DNA of 64,000 nt, taken from assembly GCA_964035545.1 (NCBI GenBank), contig OZ037767.1:14884998-14948997 (forward strand), written 5' to 3'. A program made the translations under genes and the position numbers. Shown here in pieces: positions 26,421-64,000 of this stretch (its first letter is position 1; each line of letters opens with the position of its first letter). The notes under the pieces are model-generated. The model did no database searches, was not told the origin of the DNA, and saw only the letters and a list, made by a program, of their open reading frames with translations. The stretch comes from Bugula neritina (lineage: Eukaryota > Animalia > Bryozoa).

Positions 26421-26990
26421 GATATAAAAAATGTTGACTGCACAAAATTCAATGTAAGAACAGTCTTTTTCAATATTAAGCTTGCAATAAACTGTTCAGC
26501 TACTGTTTTACAATTAAGCTTAGTTAGCCTTCATACATATTAGTTTCTTCCTCTGCCTCTGTACAGCTCATTGGTGTATAATAAATGTGTGTGTGTGTGT
26601 GTGATCTACAAAGAAAGGTTATACTATTTATATACATACACTTTCCAAACACAATGCAATTATTAAAAATCTTGACTCTTTTAAAGGCCAATGTATAATT
26701 ATGTACTCTTCTAGGGTGCAGGATTATTCGCTTTAGTTGGAGTTACGTACTCTATAACAGAGCACTTATATTTGAGCCCAAACGAAATATTATTAATTTT
26801 CAATTAATTAAATACGAAGACGTCCTGTAAAGGTCAACAAGGCCATCTGTAATGATTTTTGTAAGAAGTAATCCACCAATCCTTCTGTAAATTAGGTTTT
26901 TACTTATACCTTCTCAACACATTTATTTTGTAATTGCTTACAGCATCTACGATATAATTTAGTTTTTAGAAAATAATTTTAAACTCAACA

Positions 26991-52408
<25,418 letters not shown>

Positions 52409-54131
52409 CCCAAGACTGTTGTGACAGACATAATAACTGAATAAGATTTTATATAGGAGTTATTGTGCTGTAATGAACCTGCTATGCACTAGATAGATTG
52501 TATTGCTAGATGATGCCAATGTGTTCTAGTATGTTCTAGTAGGTTTTAGTAAGTTTTGGCTGAAATTCTCACCCCAGATTTCTCATCCAATCAAATCAAA
52601 CACACCAAAGCGAGTGACCTACTTTTAAGTAGGTCACTCGAAACATACTTTCCTTTCATCTTCAGTATAATTAACAGTATTTTTAATAACAGTGTCAGTC
52701 TTTTTATATCCTTTGAAAGAAAAATAGAGCACCATTTGCAAGAATTGAATATAAAAAAAAATTGATCAATATGATTTACTGCAGTACTGCAGTACTGGTT
52801 TTATGTAAAAGTCACGTTTTTACTTCTACTGACACTTTATAGTCTTTTATTTATGTAGCTATATATATTTTTCGCTCAATGAAATGTTTTATCTCATATG
52901 CTTTATAATGATGTATTAGGATGCTTTTATTCTATATTATGATTAGCAGTCAATGAATTTGTTTCTTTTATTTTCATAAAATATATATTTATATCAAGAA
53001 TGTTTTACTTTAATATACTATAATACAAAATAATACACATCTTATATAATATAATACTGATGTCTTGTGAATTGTGTGTTATTGGTTTGTAATATAAATG
53101 TGATGACAATTGTGTAAAGACTTCATGGGCTTTATAAATTGTACACAGTATTCGATGCTGCCTTAGCTAGCAGGAGTAAACTAAATGCTGACCTTACTGT
53201 GGCTGTACTGGCAGCGAACATAAGTTTACTAATTTAGCTTCAGCTCCAAAGTGGCTATGCTCTGTTAGTGTGGTGAAATGATTATATTGTGCTCCAAATG
53301 GTAAATACAAGTTTTATTCGAAAGAAGTTGATAATAAATGTATGTCGACCAGCCATGAAAGAGTAGGGAGAGTGACACAAGCCGGATGTGAAGCAATACT
53401 ACTGTAGAGAGAACTCTCTCTTATAGCAACTCCACTAATTACTTCATTTAAATAAACTGTTTCCAGACAATACTTATGTTGTCTTGTCTTTACAATATGA
53501 AGTTGTATTGGGGTTATAGATTGACCTTCGGAATATTCAGTATCAAAAACGCTGCATTTAAGCCAACCTACGCTTCACTCTAAAATATTCACTGCTGTAT
53601 TATTGTACCAAGTGTGGCTTTTCATCTGCAATGCATAACATCTCAAGTATTGCAACAATTCATTTGGAGACATTATTTTCTCATATTCCATGCAATTATA
53701 GCCTGTGTTACTTCATTTATAATACCCTTAGCTATGCCTATTATTGCACCATCACTGCTATAAATTGTTCATAATCCTGATAAATTATGTCTTAAAATAA
53801 AATTTTTGTACAAAATAATGCTAATTCCATAAGCCAGATAAAATATAATTAAAATTGGTATGAAAATAGATGGCTGGGTAGACATTAAAATTCCAGCCAA
53901 TAAAGCTACCAGATGGTCATAATGATAATATGGTAAGTCCAGAACTGAAGTATTGAGCGGAGTTTGTGATAACTCAGTCTAATAAGCAGATCACAAACGA
54001 TATAGTTGATGGAAATTCTCTGGGTTAATTGAGAGATGTGATATGTAAACTACAATTATATATACCCAAACGAAATGTTCGTGTTCAGTGTGTGTGACCT
54101 CACAAAACTTTGAAACTTTTACTGAATGGGT

Positions 54132-63631
<9,500 letters not shown>

Positions 63632-64000
63632 GCTTTCATCAGCGGTTACATTTCATAAAAACCATATAGCAGAAAATAATAGTTCAAAAACAATTTTAAA
63701 CTGTTAATAATTTTTTACTGCACTCAATCAATGTGCATTTATAGTTTATCTGCAGAAAAACGTTTCATATCTATACTGCAGATAATAACTTTACTTTAGC
63801 ATAGAAATCTCAAGGATTCTTAAAGTCTATAAGCAACGCTAGAACTTCTTACTGTGCAAGAAATCATAATGCTTTGAAAGTTTATCTACAGTACACAGTC
63901 TAAAAGATCTAGACATTATGTCCATAACTTTTCTTTTTTTAAAGGGGCCTAATTGTTTTCAAAACTTCAAATTTTAGTATTTTAGTATTTAAAACCTAAG

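Overview
AT-rich, intron-rich animal (most likely invertebrate) genomic DNA; not prokaryotic. Gene models were assembled by hand from GT-AG junctions and reading-frame continuity. Left to right: a type I hammerhead ribozyme in a short element between (AT)n tracts; the first coding exon of a minus-strand type II membrane protein; kinesin KIF6 (+, 20 exons); a two-HMG-box protein (-) whose basic tail repeats SKKAVT, a sequence also in the histone H2B N-tail; an orphan single-pass membrane protein (+); and the MSK/RPS6KA5 kinase (+, 18 exons). Two antisense genes for secreted plant-type (peroxidase-catalase superfamily) heme peroxidases are nested in the 13.3-kb MSK intron 8, and a third paralog fused to a MAM domain lies downstream. 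The three peroxidases share five intron positions but carry different C-terminal modules. One is an apparent furin-cleaved polyprotein with Thr/Tyr-rich repeats, the best candidate here for an undescribed system. The window also holds a deleted PIF/Harbinger element, two tRNA-derived repeat families, a 62-bp-arm palindrome and many minisatellites seeded at splice sites.
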